A DNA stretch of 64,000 nt, taken from an uncultured Aminicenantes bacterium (GTDB taxonomy: Bacteria > Acidobacteriota > Aminicenantia > UBA2199). Position numbers and translations under genes: made by a program. Below the pieces are notes generated by a model. The model searched no databases, had not been told where the DNA came from, and saw only the letters and a list, made by a program, of their open reading frames with translations. Position 1 is the first letter of the stretch, and the number at the start of each line of letters is the position of its first letter. The stretch spans positions 83,912 through 147,911 of the forward strand of contig CBDAFS010000031.1 in the NCBI GenBank assembly GCA_965195285.1, given 5' to 3'. This document shows, piece by piece, positions 47,257 through 56,061 of the stretch.

Positions 47257-48552
47257 TTAACTGTCCGGTGTCCAGTTTTCCATTTCATCAAACACCTCTT
47301 TGATTATGTTCGTGCAACGGTCCATATGTTTCTTGGTATGGCTGGATGAGATGGATAAACGCAGGCGTGTGCGTTTCTTGGATACTGCCGGGAAGGTTAC
47401 CACGCCCGTATAGAGCCCTTTCTCCATAATTCGTTTGCTGACTTCCCGGAGTCGGATGTCCTCTCCGGTCATGACCGGAATTACATGAGACTTGGTATCA
47501 CCGATGTCCAGGCCCGCCTCATTGAGTTTCTTATGCATATAGTGGATGTTTTCCCAGAGTTTTTCCTTAGGGGATTTATCCTGTCGGTAGAGATCCATTA
47601 CCTTCAAAATACCGGCCGCGGTATGAGGGGCCATGGCACAGGAAAATACATAAGACCGGGCAGCCATTTTCAGATACCACATCAATTTCAGTTTGCCGGC
47701 GGCAAAACCACCGATGGCTCCGAAAGCCTTGCTGAAGGTTCCGATGGTGATGTCAATCTCACCCTCAACTCCGAAGTGTTCACCGACACCGCCGCCCCTC
47801 TCACCGAAAATAAGGGTGGCATGGGCCTCATCCAGGAGAATTTTAGCCCCGTATTTCTTGCAGACCGGGACAATTTCCGGTAAATTAGCCAGGTCACCAT
47901 CCATGCTGTATATACCTTCTACGCAGACGATTACCCGTCTTCCCTTCAATGACTGCAGGATCTTTTCCAGGTGTCTGGCACTGTTATGGGAAAAAACCTT
48001 AATCTCAGCGCCGGACAGTAGTACGCCGTCATATATCGAGGCATGGGACAGGATATCCAGTACCGCCACATCCCCGGGTCTCAATATGCCGGACAAGGCC
48101 CCCAGATTGGCGCTGTATCCGGTCGGGAAAACCACTGCCGCTTCCTGACCCTTGAATTGGGCAATGGTTTCTTCCAGTTGATAGGTCAAATCATAATATC
48201 CGCTGAGTAACGGAGCCGAAACCGCACCGGTGCCGTATTTGGCAACGGCATCCTGTACCGCTTTTTTGACTTCGGGATGAAAGGAATATCCCAGATAATT
48301 ATAGGAACAAAAGTTTAAGAATTTCCGGATTTTATTAGTATATCGGTCGAGCACGTCGAATTCCGGGGTGGGAGCGCTGGAAATGGGTTGGCCGTAAACC
48401 ATGTATTTTTTTCTGTCCCAGTCCCGAATATATTCAAAAAAGTATTCAGAGGCCTCAAACATGTCATCGCTCTTGAAATTGACAAAATCAAAAGTGGTAT
48501 AATCATTTGAATTGAGATTCTTCAAGTCCATATCTTTTTTGTTTAGTGTCAT
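47257..48552 (-). CDS. alpha-oxoamine synthase family PLP-dependent acyltransferase (serine palmitoyltransferase / 8-amino-7-oxononanoate synthase-like)
   Basis: Family hallmark FCSYNYLGY; PLP-lysine region GTFSKAFGAIGGF; about 80-aa N-terminal extension, longer than BioF/Kbl. Confidence 0.75.
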   Translation of the reverse strand: MTLNKKDMDLKNLNSNDYTTFDFVNFKSDDMFEASEYFFEYIRDWDRKKYMVYGQPISSAPTPEFDVLDRYTNKIRKFLNFCSYNYLGYSFHPEVKKAVQDAVAKYGTGAVSAPLLSGYYDLTYQLEETIAQFKGQEAAVVFPTGYSANLGALSGILRPGDVAVLDILSHASIYDGVLLSGAEIKVFSHNSARHLEKILQSLKGRRVIVCVEGIYSMDGDLANLPEIVPVCKKYGAKILLDEAHATLIFGERGGGVGEHFGVEGEIDITIGTFSKAFGAIGGFAAGKLKLMWYLKMAARSYVFSCAMAPHTAAGILKVMDLYRQDKSPKEKLWENIHYMHKKLNEAGLDIGDTKSHVIPVMTGEDIRLREVSKRIMEKGLYTGVVTFPAVSKKRTRLRLSISSSHTKKHMDRCTNIIKEVFDEMENWTPDS

Positions 48553-48717
48553 GGTTTTTACCTCATTTTCAGTTTATTATATTTCCTAATCATATTTAAA
48601 TACCATTATATGATAAAAATTTCAAATATTTTCTCATTAAAAAGTAAAATACTTTGTAATAGATGAACCGGCTAAAATTCTGGTTTCGTTCGGTAAGAAA
48701 AGGTTGAAAGCCAATGA

Positions 48718-49407
48718 TTACAGGTTCATTAAATGGCCCTGGTGTTTTAACCAGTTTCTCTGTTCCCGGTAGTTTGGGATTAATTGTTCGACCCGGTCCC
48801 AGAAAGCTCTGGAATGGTTGTTTTCACGAATATGGACCAATTCATGAACCACGACATAATCAATGACTTTCAGGGGGGCCATGATCAGGCGCCAGTTCAG
48901 GAATAGATTGCCCCTGGTGCTACAGGACCCCCATCTTTTACGGGCATTGGAAATGTTTAGCTGACGGCAGTGGATACCCGAAAGTCGATAATAAAGGGAT
49001 ATCCTATCTGTAAATATATCCATGGCCTGTTTCCGGTACCAGACCTTGAATAATTCACGGGCCTCGGACAGAGATTTCGGGGTAATGTGGAATTTGTTCT
49101 CCCGGTAGAGGAACGGAATCTCCTGGCCTTGGGCCAGGATCAGTGGGTATTCATTTCCCAGAAATAGAAATTTTTCACCGGGGATATATTTTTTCTGTGG
49201 AACCTGGGCCAGCCTCTTTCTGGCTTCCTGTTGTTTGCGTAAAATCCAGATCTTTTTTTCAATCACGATTCGGTTGATTTGCCGGGTTGATACCAATAAA
49301 GGTGCGCGTACAATCAGGCGGGCATTACCGGAAATCTCCAGTCCTATGCTTCTTCTTCTGGATCTGATTATCTGATCAATCTGAATTTTCGAGTGGGATG
49401 AATCCAT
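48718..49407 (-). CDS. DUF45/YgjP-like zinc metallohydrolase (WLM/SprT-like HExxH)
   Basis: C-terminal HELVHIRENNHSRAFW with HExxH. Confidence 0.65.
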   Translation of the reverse strand: MDSSHSKIQIDQIIRSRRRSIGLEISGNARLIVRAPLLVSTRQINRIVIEKKIWILRKQQEARKRLAQVPQKKYIPGEKFLFLGNEYPLILAQGQEIPFLYRENKFHITPKSLSEARELFKVWYRKQAMDIFTDRISLYYRLSGIHCRQLNISNARKRWGSCSTRGNLFLNWRLIMAPLKVIDYVVVHELVHIRENNHSRAFWDRVEQLIPNYREQRNWLKHQGHLMNL

Positions 49408-49463
49408 CTTATTTTTCCATTATATATTTTATCCTAAAATTTTGATTTTTCAATCCTAAAAAT

Positions 49464-50234
49464 TTATTGATACTGCTTCCAGATGGCATCCAGGGCAGCG
49501 GCTGCGCCCTGATTGATTTTGATATCCACCAGATCGGATATCTCGGTCCTGCCGGGATTAATTTCAATGGTCGGACGGCCCTGATGCCGGGCCAGCATAA
49601 CCGGTTGCATGATATAGGGGAATACACTGGTGGTTCCAATGGAAAAGGTCAGGTCAAAACCCATCTCCAGCTGGCTTGATAACATTGCCAGGCTGGGAGC
49701 GGGAAGTATCTCACCGAAGAATACCACATCCGGCCTTATCAGGGCCTGGCATTCGGGGCAAAGAGGGGGTATGGACAGGCCGTCAAAATCTTTCACCCGC
49801 TGCTTCCAGTTACAATTCGAACAGATCAGTTGATGGATATCACCGTGAATATTGATCACATTCCGGGAACCGGCGTCCTGGTGGAAGCCATCCACATTCT
49901 GGGTCAGGACCCACACCCGCTCAAAACAGGTTTCCATTTTGGCAATTATTTCATGCCCGCGGTTGAAGTGGGCTCCCCGGCATTTTTTTTCAATCTGGGA
50001 TATGTATTTCCAGGTCAATTCGGGCCGGGTCCGAAGGGTGCAGACAGACAAAGCTGTCTCAATTGACATTCCATCCTCGGTAGTCTGGCTGTCATAGAGT
50101 CCCCCGATTCCCCGGTAGGTGGGTAGTCCGGAATCCGCTGAAATACCGGCGCCGGTAATGAAAAGGATGCTGCGACAACTTTTCAAGAGGCTGGCAGCCT
50201 GGCTGATTTTTTCCGGTTCACTCATCTCAGACAT
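49464..50234 (-). CDS. cobB: NAD-dependent protein deacylase, sirtuin (CobB/Sir2)
   Basis: GAGISADSGLPTYRG NAD pocket, catalytic QNVDGFH, Zn tetrad CSNC...CPEC. ATG at 50234 is preferred; a GTG at 50315 gives the longer ORF in the track. Confidence 0.8.
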   Translation of the reverse strand: MSEMSEPEKISQAASLLKSCRSILFITGAGISADSGLPTYRGIGGLYDSQTTEDGMSIETALSVCTLRTRPELTWKYISQIEKKCRGAHFNRGHEIIAKMETCFERVWVLTQNVDGFHQDAGSRNVINIHGDIHQLICSNCNWKQRVKDFDGLSIPPLCPECQALIRPDVVFFGEILPAPSLAMLSSQLEMGFDLTFSIGTTSVFPYIMQPVMLARHQGRPTIEINPGRTEISDLVDIKINQGAAAALDAIWKQYQ

Positions 50235-50326
50235 GTCATTGTTAGGTGATATCCGGTCTATTTTATCCCCTGCTGATAAAAATAGCAAGGCCTGGTTTCT
50301 GGTGAGCCCGCCCACTACTTTTTTAA

Positions 50327-50348
50327 AAATGTGACCAAAGTCACATTG
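50327..50348. promoter_or_regulatory. CRP/FNR-superfamily-type palindrome aAATGTGAccaaagTCACATTg
   Basis: Perfect TGTGA-N6-TCACA with 8-bp symmetric arms (AATGTGAC / GTCACATT), centred about 103 nt upstream of the sirtuin ATG at 50234. Confidence 0.5.
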
Positions 50349-50590
50349 AAAAAAACCCTGTCTTATAATATTTATATTTATGTGATTCGGCTGAAATTCA
50401 GATGTCGAATATAAAAAAAGAAAATGAAAAAAATTATCATTTACTTCCTTTTGTTTTTATTCTTGCTGTTCTTTGCCTGGTGAATGCGATCGGGGAAACG
50501 GATTAAAACAGCATTTTTGTTTGCCGGATTGTTTTCTGGTTTCCCATCAATTTTTCCGATATTATCTTTTTGCTAAAAGTCAGGCTTCAA

Positions 50591-51121
50591 TTATTTTTTT
50601 TTTACCGGGATTTCAATGCGGGTCAACAACTCCTCCGGTTTTGTCTGCATGGGGCTATTGAGGTAAAATTCATAGGTGGGCAGGGCCATTTCATACTGGT
50701 TGGCCTGGATGTAGGCTGCCAGTTTTTTATAGACTGTTGGAAGTAAATCGTAACTTCCCTTGTGGATAAACTCCAGCACGGTTTTCTTTTCATAAGTGGC
50801 CATTTGCAACGGTGATTTTACCTGGATGTCAGTAGAGACCGGGAATCCGATATCCCACTTCAACTCGCTCTCCTCCACCATCTCCGGTGAATTGTGATAA
50901 ACGGAAATCAGAGCTCCGGCGGGTTGCAGTCCCTGTTTGAAGAATTCTCCCATAAATGCCATTATGTTCTGGGACATGGTTTTAAAGGAACCGCTGAAAG
51001 ACATATAAGCATAGGAAAAAGCCGGTTTTTCCTTGACCTGAATCGGGGTTTCGCCCGAGGTAAATGAAAAAGTGGCCAGTATCGTCAGACTCAAAAATAC
51101 AAAAAATGTAATTTTCTTCAT
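50591..51121 (-). CDS. secreted GyrI-like small-molecule-binding domain protein
   Basis: Signal peptide. AGGAGG SD and a TATAAT in the upstream region. Fold assignment is by general resemblance only. Confidence 0.45.
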   Translation of the reverse strand: MKKITFFVFLSLTILATFSFTSGETPIQVKEKPAFSYAYMSFSGSFKTMSQNIMAFMGEFFKQGLQPAGALISVYHNSPEMVEESELKWDIGFPVSTDIQVKSPLQMATYEKKTVLEFIHKGSYDLLPTVYKKLAAYIQANQYEMALPTYEFYLNSPMQTKPEELLTRIEIPVKKK

Positions 51122-51224
51122 TTTTTCCTCCTGTTCGCTGATTGTTCGCCTTTATTATATTCGCTGAAATCCAAAACGTCAAGTGAAAAATATTTTTTCT
51201 ATTATTTTATGGTAATATTTTTGT

Positions 51225-52352
51225 ATGAAAAAAACAGAAAAGTTTATCTGGCGGCACTTTTTTTGCAGGCCTCTGATTTTTTTAATGATTTCTGTCCTGG
51301 TTATTTCATGTTCTACTGAAAACAGCATGGAGATTGACATTACCCCCCTGCAATTGAATGATGGATGGAAAATATCCACACCGGAAGCACAGGGAATGAG
51401 TTCGAGTGAATTAATAGAGGCTTTTGATAAAGCATCAGACATGTCCTTCTTATACAGCATAATTATTGTCAGGAATGGGTTTTTAGTGGCAGAGAAGTAT
51501 TATAACGGTGCAGGTGTTGATCAGGCTAAATATGTGGCTTCTGTTACCAAAAGTTATCTTTCAGCTCTTATTGGCATTGCCCTGGATAAAGGCTTTATTC
51601 AAAGTCTGGATCAGAAAATGATGTCCTTTTTTCCCGAATATGATTCAATAGATATTGAATCGGCAAAATATGAAATCACTCTCAGACAATTGCTACAAAT
51701 GCAAGCAGGATACTGGCATGACAGTGAAACCAGCCGATGGCTGGCATGGGTGAATAGCCCGGATTGGATTGCATATATGATCAATCTGCTTTTGGAAAAT
51801 TCCCCGGGCACTCAATGGAATTACTCAACCGGTTCTTCTCATATTTTATCGGCAATATTAACAAAGACCTCCGGAATGAGTGGTGAAGATTTTGCCAGAC
51901 AATATCTTTTTGAACCGCTGGATACGGAACTTGTCCATTGGGGTGAAGATCCGCAGGGCTACAATTACGGTGGTTTTGATATGCATATTACCCCGCGAGA
52001 TATGGCGCGTTTTGGATTGCTTTATCTTGGCAAGGGACAATACCAGGGTCAGCAAATTGTGCCGGAAGACTGGATACGGAAATCAACTTCAGCCTATAGT
52101 GACGTATCCTGGTTTTTCGGGGTTATCCAAAATCCACAGTACGGTTATCACTGGTGGATCGGAAGTATGGAGGGTCATAACATTTTTTTCGCCCAGGGGC
52201 ATGGCGGTCAGAATATTATTGTGTTCCCGGGACTTGAGATGGTTGTGGTCACTACCACAAATCCTGATCTCGGCTTTGAAGACAGCTGGCTACAATCCAT
52301 TTCCACATTCCATTTCATTGCCAAGGATATTCTTGTTGCTGTGAAAGAATAG
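51225..52352 (+). CDS. serine hydrolase, beta-lactamase/transpeptidase-like family (lipoprotein)
   Basis: Lipobox VISCS; SxxK motif ASVTKSY; C-terminal HGGQ region. Confidence 0.8.
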   Translation: MKKTEKFIWRHFFCRPLIFLMISVLVISCSTENSMEIDITPLQLNDGWKISTPEAQGMSSSELIEAFDKASDMSFLYSIIIVRNGFLVAEKYYNGAGVDQAKYVASVTKSYLSALIGIALDKGFIQSLDQKMMSFFPEYDSIDIESAKYEITLRQLLQMQAGYWHDSETSRWLAWVNSPDWIAYMINLLLENSPGTQWNYSTGSSHILSAILTKTSGMSGEDFARQYLFEPLDTELVHWGEDPQGYNYGGFDMHITPRDMARFGLLYLGKGQYQGQQIVPEDWIRKSTSAYSDVSWFFGVIQNPQYGYHWWIGSMEGHNIFFAQGHGGQNIIVFPGLEMVVVTTTNPDLGFEDSWLQSISTFHFIAKDILVAVKE

Positions 52353-52415
52353 TTATTTTCATTTATTATACACTTTGTCCTTTCCCTCTTAATTTTGAAT
52401 TAATTGTTTTTTATT

Positions 52416-52444
52416 CGGGAAAAATATCCCGGCTGGGTTTTTTT
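52416..52444 (+). terminator. putative intrinsic terminator after serine hydrolase gene
   Basis: CGGGA-aaaata-TCCCG stem, then gctggg and a T7 tract. Confidence 0.3.
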
Positions 52445-52538
52445 ATCCTCCAGGAACTGGGAAAAGGTCAACATCTATTGGTAAGCAGGGAAAAATAACA
52501 TTATTTCAGATCGGGAAAATATTTTATATTTCTTTTTA

Positions 52539-52937
52539 TTATCGGGTGCAGACCCAAGTACCTGGGGTGCCTTCCTCATCCAGGGTTCCGTTCATGGTAT
52601 TGTCTGTGGTTATGGTTCCGGTGCAGATGTCGGTTACATCAGCACTGGGCCAGTAAACCGTCCAATTAACCGTTGAACCACTGACCGTATAAGTCCCAGG
52701 ACCTGTATAGGTACCGGTTGTCCAGTCCGGGCTTACCGTACAGGTTACCGCTCCGGAAGTATCGGATCCGGCAAAAGTAATCGTACCAGTATAGGTCCAG
52801 GTGCCCGAATAGGTCATGGTGATATTCCAGTTTCCGAGAATACTGAAGGTGTCTTCCTCTTCACTGGTTTTACATGACGTGTTGAATGTCAAAAAAGCAA
52901 AAAGTAGCATACAAATCCAAATTGATGTTTTTTTCAT
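52539..52937 (-). CDS. small Thr/Gly-rich lipoprotein
   Basis: GGAGG sits 5 nt upstream of the ATG at 52937; lipobox NTSCK; two Cys near the C-terminus. Confidence 0.55.
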   Translation of the reverse strand: MKKTSIWICMLLFAFLTFNTSCKTSEEEDTFSILGNWNITMTYSGTWTYTGTITFAGSDTSGAVTCTVSPDWTTGTYTGPGTYTVSGSTVNWTVYWPSADVTDICTGTITTDNTMNGTLDEEGTPGTWVCTR

Positions 52938-53078
52938 GATAACCTCCGCTCTGTTTTTACTATATGGGAAATTGAAAGTCAACCTCAATTCATTTAAATA
53001 TACCTATTTTGGTCAAGATTAGAATTTTATCCGATAAGGTTACTACCGGGGTGTTATAATTACTCTATTTTTCAAATT

Positions 53079-53417
53079 CTAAATATTCAGAATCGAACCT
53101 TCTTTGATGATGATCATTTTTCGTTTTATGGGGAAAAATAGAAAATAAAAAACTCGGTGATAATGAACTTCGACACGAAAAGTACCCGCTTCCTTGTTTT
53201 CAGTGATGATGATGTCATCGGATTTTACACGTAGTCTGTCATCCCGGTAGATCCCCATTATCTTCTCTTTGAAGGCCTTTTCGCCTATGGTGTTGTAATC
53301 ATTTAAAATGGTTCCTAAATTCAAATTTAAGCTGACTTTCTGGTTACTGTGATTAAACAATTGAATGGCTAAAAATACCAGGTAGATCACCACCAAAATC
53401 AGAATAATCTTTTTCAT
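53079..53417 (-). CDS. membrane-anchored hypothetical protein
   Basis: GAGAGGA SD-like upstream; N-terminal TM MKKIILILVVIYLVFLAIQLF. Confidence 0.45.
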   Translation of the reverse strand: MKKIILILVVIYLVFLAIQLFNHSNQKVSLNLNLGTILNDYNTIGEKAFKEKIMGIYRDDRLRVKSDDIIITENKEAGTFRVEVHYHRVFYFLFFPIKRKMIIIKEGSILNI

Positions 53418-53692
53418 GGTTAATCCTCTCTTTTCTCCTGGTTACACAATGCTTGTCTATATATTATATTAAATCATAATAAAAAAAAATCAACTGGTAT
53501 AACAAAATATGAAATGACCGACCGAACCACTATCCGGAATCCCCCGGATCCGTTTTGCCTATAGAGTATCGAAACAAAAGTCAATGGTTGCGGAATTCGG
53601 GAAACTTTTTGGCCGCTGAATCCGTTATTATAAATATGATAGGAGATTTGTATTTGTCTCCCCACTTATTCATTTTTAAAGGAGTGATATCA

Positions 53693-54649
53693 ATGCTTTT
53701 ACCCGAAAAAAGAATAATTGATTATCAAGTCAAATTTTTAAGCTGGTTTTTTCTGACATTCTTTCTGACTTCGAGCTGGATTTTTCCGGCCCGGGCTCTG
53801 ACCGTTCCGTCCCGAACCTGGGGGATCTGTTTCGGGAATTCTCCCCGCTTTACCGGATTGCGCTTCAATTTTATCGACCGCAATATCCAGACTATCAACG
53901 GCATCAATCTAACCTTGTGGAAGCCTTCGGATAAACTGGCCAGCGGAACCGTAAACGGTTTTTCTCTGGGATTGATACCATATGCCAATCATTTGAATGG
54001 GATTCAAATCGGGTTGCTAGGTGCGGGGGCCAAAGAAAACATCACCGGGATTACCATTGGTTTGATCGGTGCCGGTTGTGGTAGTGATATGAAAGGCATT
54101 AACATCGGTGGAATCGGGGTGGGGGCCGGTGGCAGTATGGTCGGTCTCAATCTGGGCCTGGTGGGAGTCGGTGCCGGAGAGAATGTCATCGGCATTAATA
54201 TCGGTGGCCTGGGTGTCGGAGCAGGTCAGAATTTGATTGGTTTGAATATCGGCCTGCTGGGTGTGGGAGCCGGTGAAAATGTGACCGGGATCACTATTGC
54301 CGGACTGGGAGCCGGTGCCGGAGAGAAATTGACCGGGCTGACCATCTGCGGGTTGGCGGCCGGTGCTCCAATGATTAAAGGAATTACCATTGCCGGATTT
54401 GGACTTGGCGGAAAGTCCATATCCGGACTCTCAATTGCATTGGGAACGGTGCAGGTAACGGATGACGGCATCATCAGCGGCTTGAGCATCAGTGCTTTCA
54501 ATTATATCCGGGGTACCCAGAGAGGAGTGGCCATCGGTATTGTCAATTACGCCTACCGGTTGAAGGGATTGCAGATCGGACTGGTGAACATTGTCCGGGA
54601 TAATCCCAAAGGAAGAGTGGTTCTTCCCATCATCAATTTTTGCTTTTGA
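53693..54649 (+). CDS. secreted glycine-rich protein built of ~13 tandem 16-residue repeats (consensus hNIGhhGVGAGENhhG)
   Basis: AAAGGAG SD before the ATG at 53693. Signal peptide ...SSWIFPARALT. The 16-aa periodicity is visible as a 48-bp DNA periodicity over about 53990-54600. Confidence 0.7.
   Translation: MLLPEKRIIDYQVKFLSWFFLTFFLTSSWIFPARALTVPSRTWGICFGNSPRFTGLRFNFIDRNIQTINGINLTLWKPSDKLASGTVNGFSLGLIPYANHLNGIQIGLLGAGAKENITGITIGLIGAGCGSDMKGINIGGIGVGAGGSMVGLNLGLVGVGAGENVIGINIGGLGVGAGQNLIGLNIGLLGVGAGENVTGITIAGLGAGAGEKLTGLTICGLAAGAPMIKGITIAGFGLGGKSISGLSIALGTVQVTDDGIISGLSISAFNYIRGTQRGVAIGIVNYAYRLKGLQIGLVNIVRDNPKGRVVLPIINFCF
53990..54600 (+). repeat. ~48-bp tandem coding repeat (13 imperfect copies) inside the Gly-rich protein gene
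   Basis: Recurrent ...aatatcggtggcctgggtgtcggagcaggtcagaatttgattggtttg... units. Confidence 0.7.
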
Positions 54650-54657
54650 CGGTTACT

Positions 54658-54813
54658 TCAGGTTTTATAAATTGTATTGACCCAGTTCCGGAACCAGGGA
54701 GGCTTTTCCAGGATCACATAGATCAGCAGGATGGCCATGAAGGGAATGGGAATAATCATATCAAATACGGCAAAAACGATCAGGAATATCAAAAGAGTTG
54801 TTTTTAATTTCAT
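54658..54813 (-). CDS. small two-TM membrane protein
   Basis: 51 aa (MKLKTTLLIFLIVFAVFDMIIPIPFMAILLIYVILEKPPWF...). ATGA-type overlap with the methyltransferase stop. Confidence 0.4.
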   Translation of the reverse strand: MKLKTTLLIFLIVFAVFDMIIPIPFMAILLIYVILEKPPWFRNWVNTIYKT

Positions 54814-55463
54814 CTTAATTTCCTTGTTTTTGATTCCGGTTGGCACAACCAGACGTTGCCGAAGCTCGAGGTGGGGAAAGATTTTTTGATTTTCAGGCCG
54901 GCAGCACCAAATTCCGCTTCCCGGGAAGTGGAAATAAATTCGGGATAATTTGGGCCCTCGATCCATTCGATCAGGCGTACAAACCAGCCTCCCTCACAGC
55001 AGTAGTCAAAAATCACCACATATTCGGCGGCAATACGGGATATGTTATTCAAAATGGTTTTTCTGAATTCCGGGGAAAGTCCGTGGAGGAAGTAACCGGA
55101 TGAAACAATCCCGAAACTAGTGGAGGGGATTTCAGGAAGGTCAACCAGGTCAAATTTTTTAAAATCGATCCGGGGAAATTTTTTTCTTGCCCTTTTCAGC
55201 AGTCGTTGCGAAAAGTCGAATCCGGTTACCGGGTGGCCCTGACGGGCAAAAGCTGCCGCCAGTATCCCGCTGCCCGTGGCCACATCCAGGACCGATAGTT
55301 CGGGGTGAAGCCCCAGTTTCCTGATGACTTCTTCATAGCGGGGAAACAGATGCCATTCGATCAGGGGATACAGAATGGCTGTCAAATTGAAAAAAATTTG
55401 GGCCCGCTTTCTTTCCGATAAAAAATCTTTGGTTTGACCCGGGTCCGGGTTGCCTTTTTTCAT
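54810..55463 (-). CDS. class I SAM-dependent methyltransferase
   Basis: Motif I VLDVATGSGILAAAFA; acidic residue after beta-2 (GFDFS). Confidence 0.8.
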   Translation of the reverse strand: MKKGNPDPGQTKDFLSERKRAQIFFNLTAILYPLIEWHLFPRYEEVIRKLGLHPELSVLDVATGSGILAAAFARQGHPVTGFDFSQRLLKRARKKFPRIDFKKFDLVDLPEIPSTSFGIVSSGYFLHGLSPEFRKTILNNISRIAAEYVVIFDYCCEGGWFVRLIEWIEGPNYPEFISTSREAEFGAAGLKIKKSFPTSSFGNVWLCQPESKTRKLR

Positions 55464-55733
55464 CCATCTATTTTGCCAAAAAACCGAAAAAAAGTAAAAG
55501 ATAAATAGTAAATCCGACTTCTCTAATTCATTTTGTACTTAATGACCACGGGATTGTAATGTATTTCCCGTTGTGATCAAATACATCCACCAGGACCCGC
55601 TTCTGTGTATTCATGGCCGAAGTAACGACCATTAACTTTCTCTTGGTAAGACGCCTTTCTTTTAAAAAAAGTTTACCAGAAAGCAACCGGAATTTGAATA
55701 TAAATGACCGGGATTTGATTTTTTCATCCCGAC

Positions 55734-55762
55734 TTGTCATTAATTTAGAAATGGAATATAAT
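55734..55762 (+). promoter_or_regulatory. sigma70 promoter TTGTCA-N17-TATAAT driving the K-rich sORF
   Basis: TTGTCA at 55734-55739, 17-nt spacer, TATAAT at 55757-55762. Confidence 0.6.
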
Positions 55763-55794
55763 CAATATGAGGACAGGGTAAAAGGAGGAACAAG

Positions 55795-55899
55795 ATGCCC
55801 AAAGGAAGGGAAAAACCCAAATCCAGTGATAAGAAACCCCCAAAACTATCTTTAAAGGAAAAACGGAAAAAAAAGAAAGAAAAAAAAGAAAACAGATAA
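55795..55899 (+). CDS. lysine-rich 34-aa small protein/leader peptide (MPKGREKPKSSDKKPPKLSLKEKRKKKKEKKENR)
   Basis: AAGGAGG sits 8 nt upstream of the ATG; a TTGTCA-N17-TATAAT promoter lies 33 nt upstream of the SD. Confidence 0.4.
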   Translation: MPKGREKPKSSDKKPPKLSLKEKRKKKKEKKENR

Positions 55900-56061
55900 T
55901 CTCCTGCTATCAGGGCAGGAACCAGTGGATGTAACGGCAGGTGTCGCACACGTAGTACCTGGCATTCCGGTTGGCCCAGTCCAGGGTTTTGCTGAATATT
56001 AAATCTTAAAGTCCGGTTTGTTTCGTTCCGGAGAATTCATTTTATTTCTGGAGGTAATCAA

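Noticed and set aside
54004-54501. Two Pro/Ala/Thr-rich minus-strand ORFs
   Set aside because: Antisense artefacts of the 48-bp Gly-codon tandem repeats in the 53693-54649 gene.
54842-54861. TGGCAC...TTGC sigma54-like string
   Set aside because: Nine nucleotides lie between TGGCAC and TTGC (TGGCACaaccagacgTTGC), against five in the consensus. It is inside the methyltransferase coding region on the wrong strand.
55528-55740. 70-codon minus-strand ORF in the peptidase upstream region
   Set aside because: Its start codon lies inside the -35 element of the strong plus-strand promoter and it has no SD. The plus-strand sORF is much better supported.
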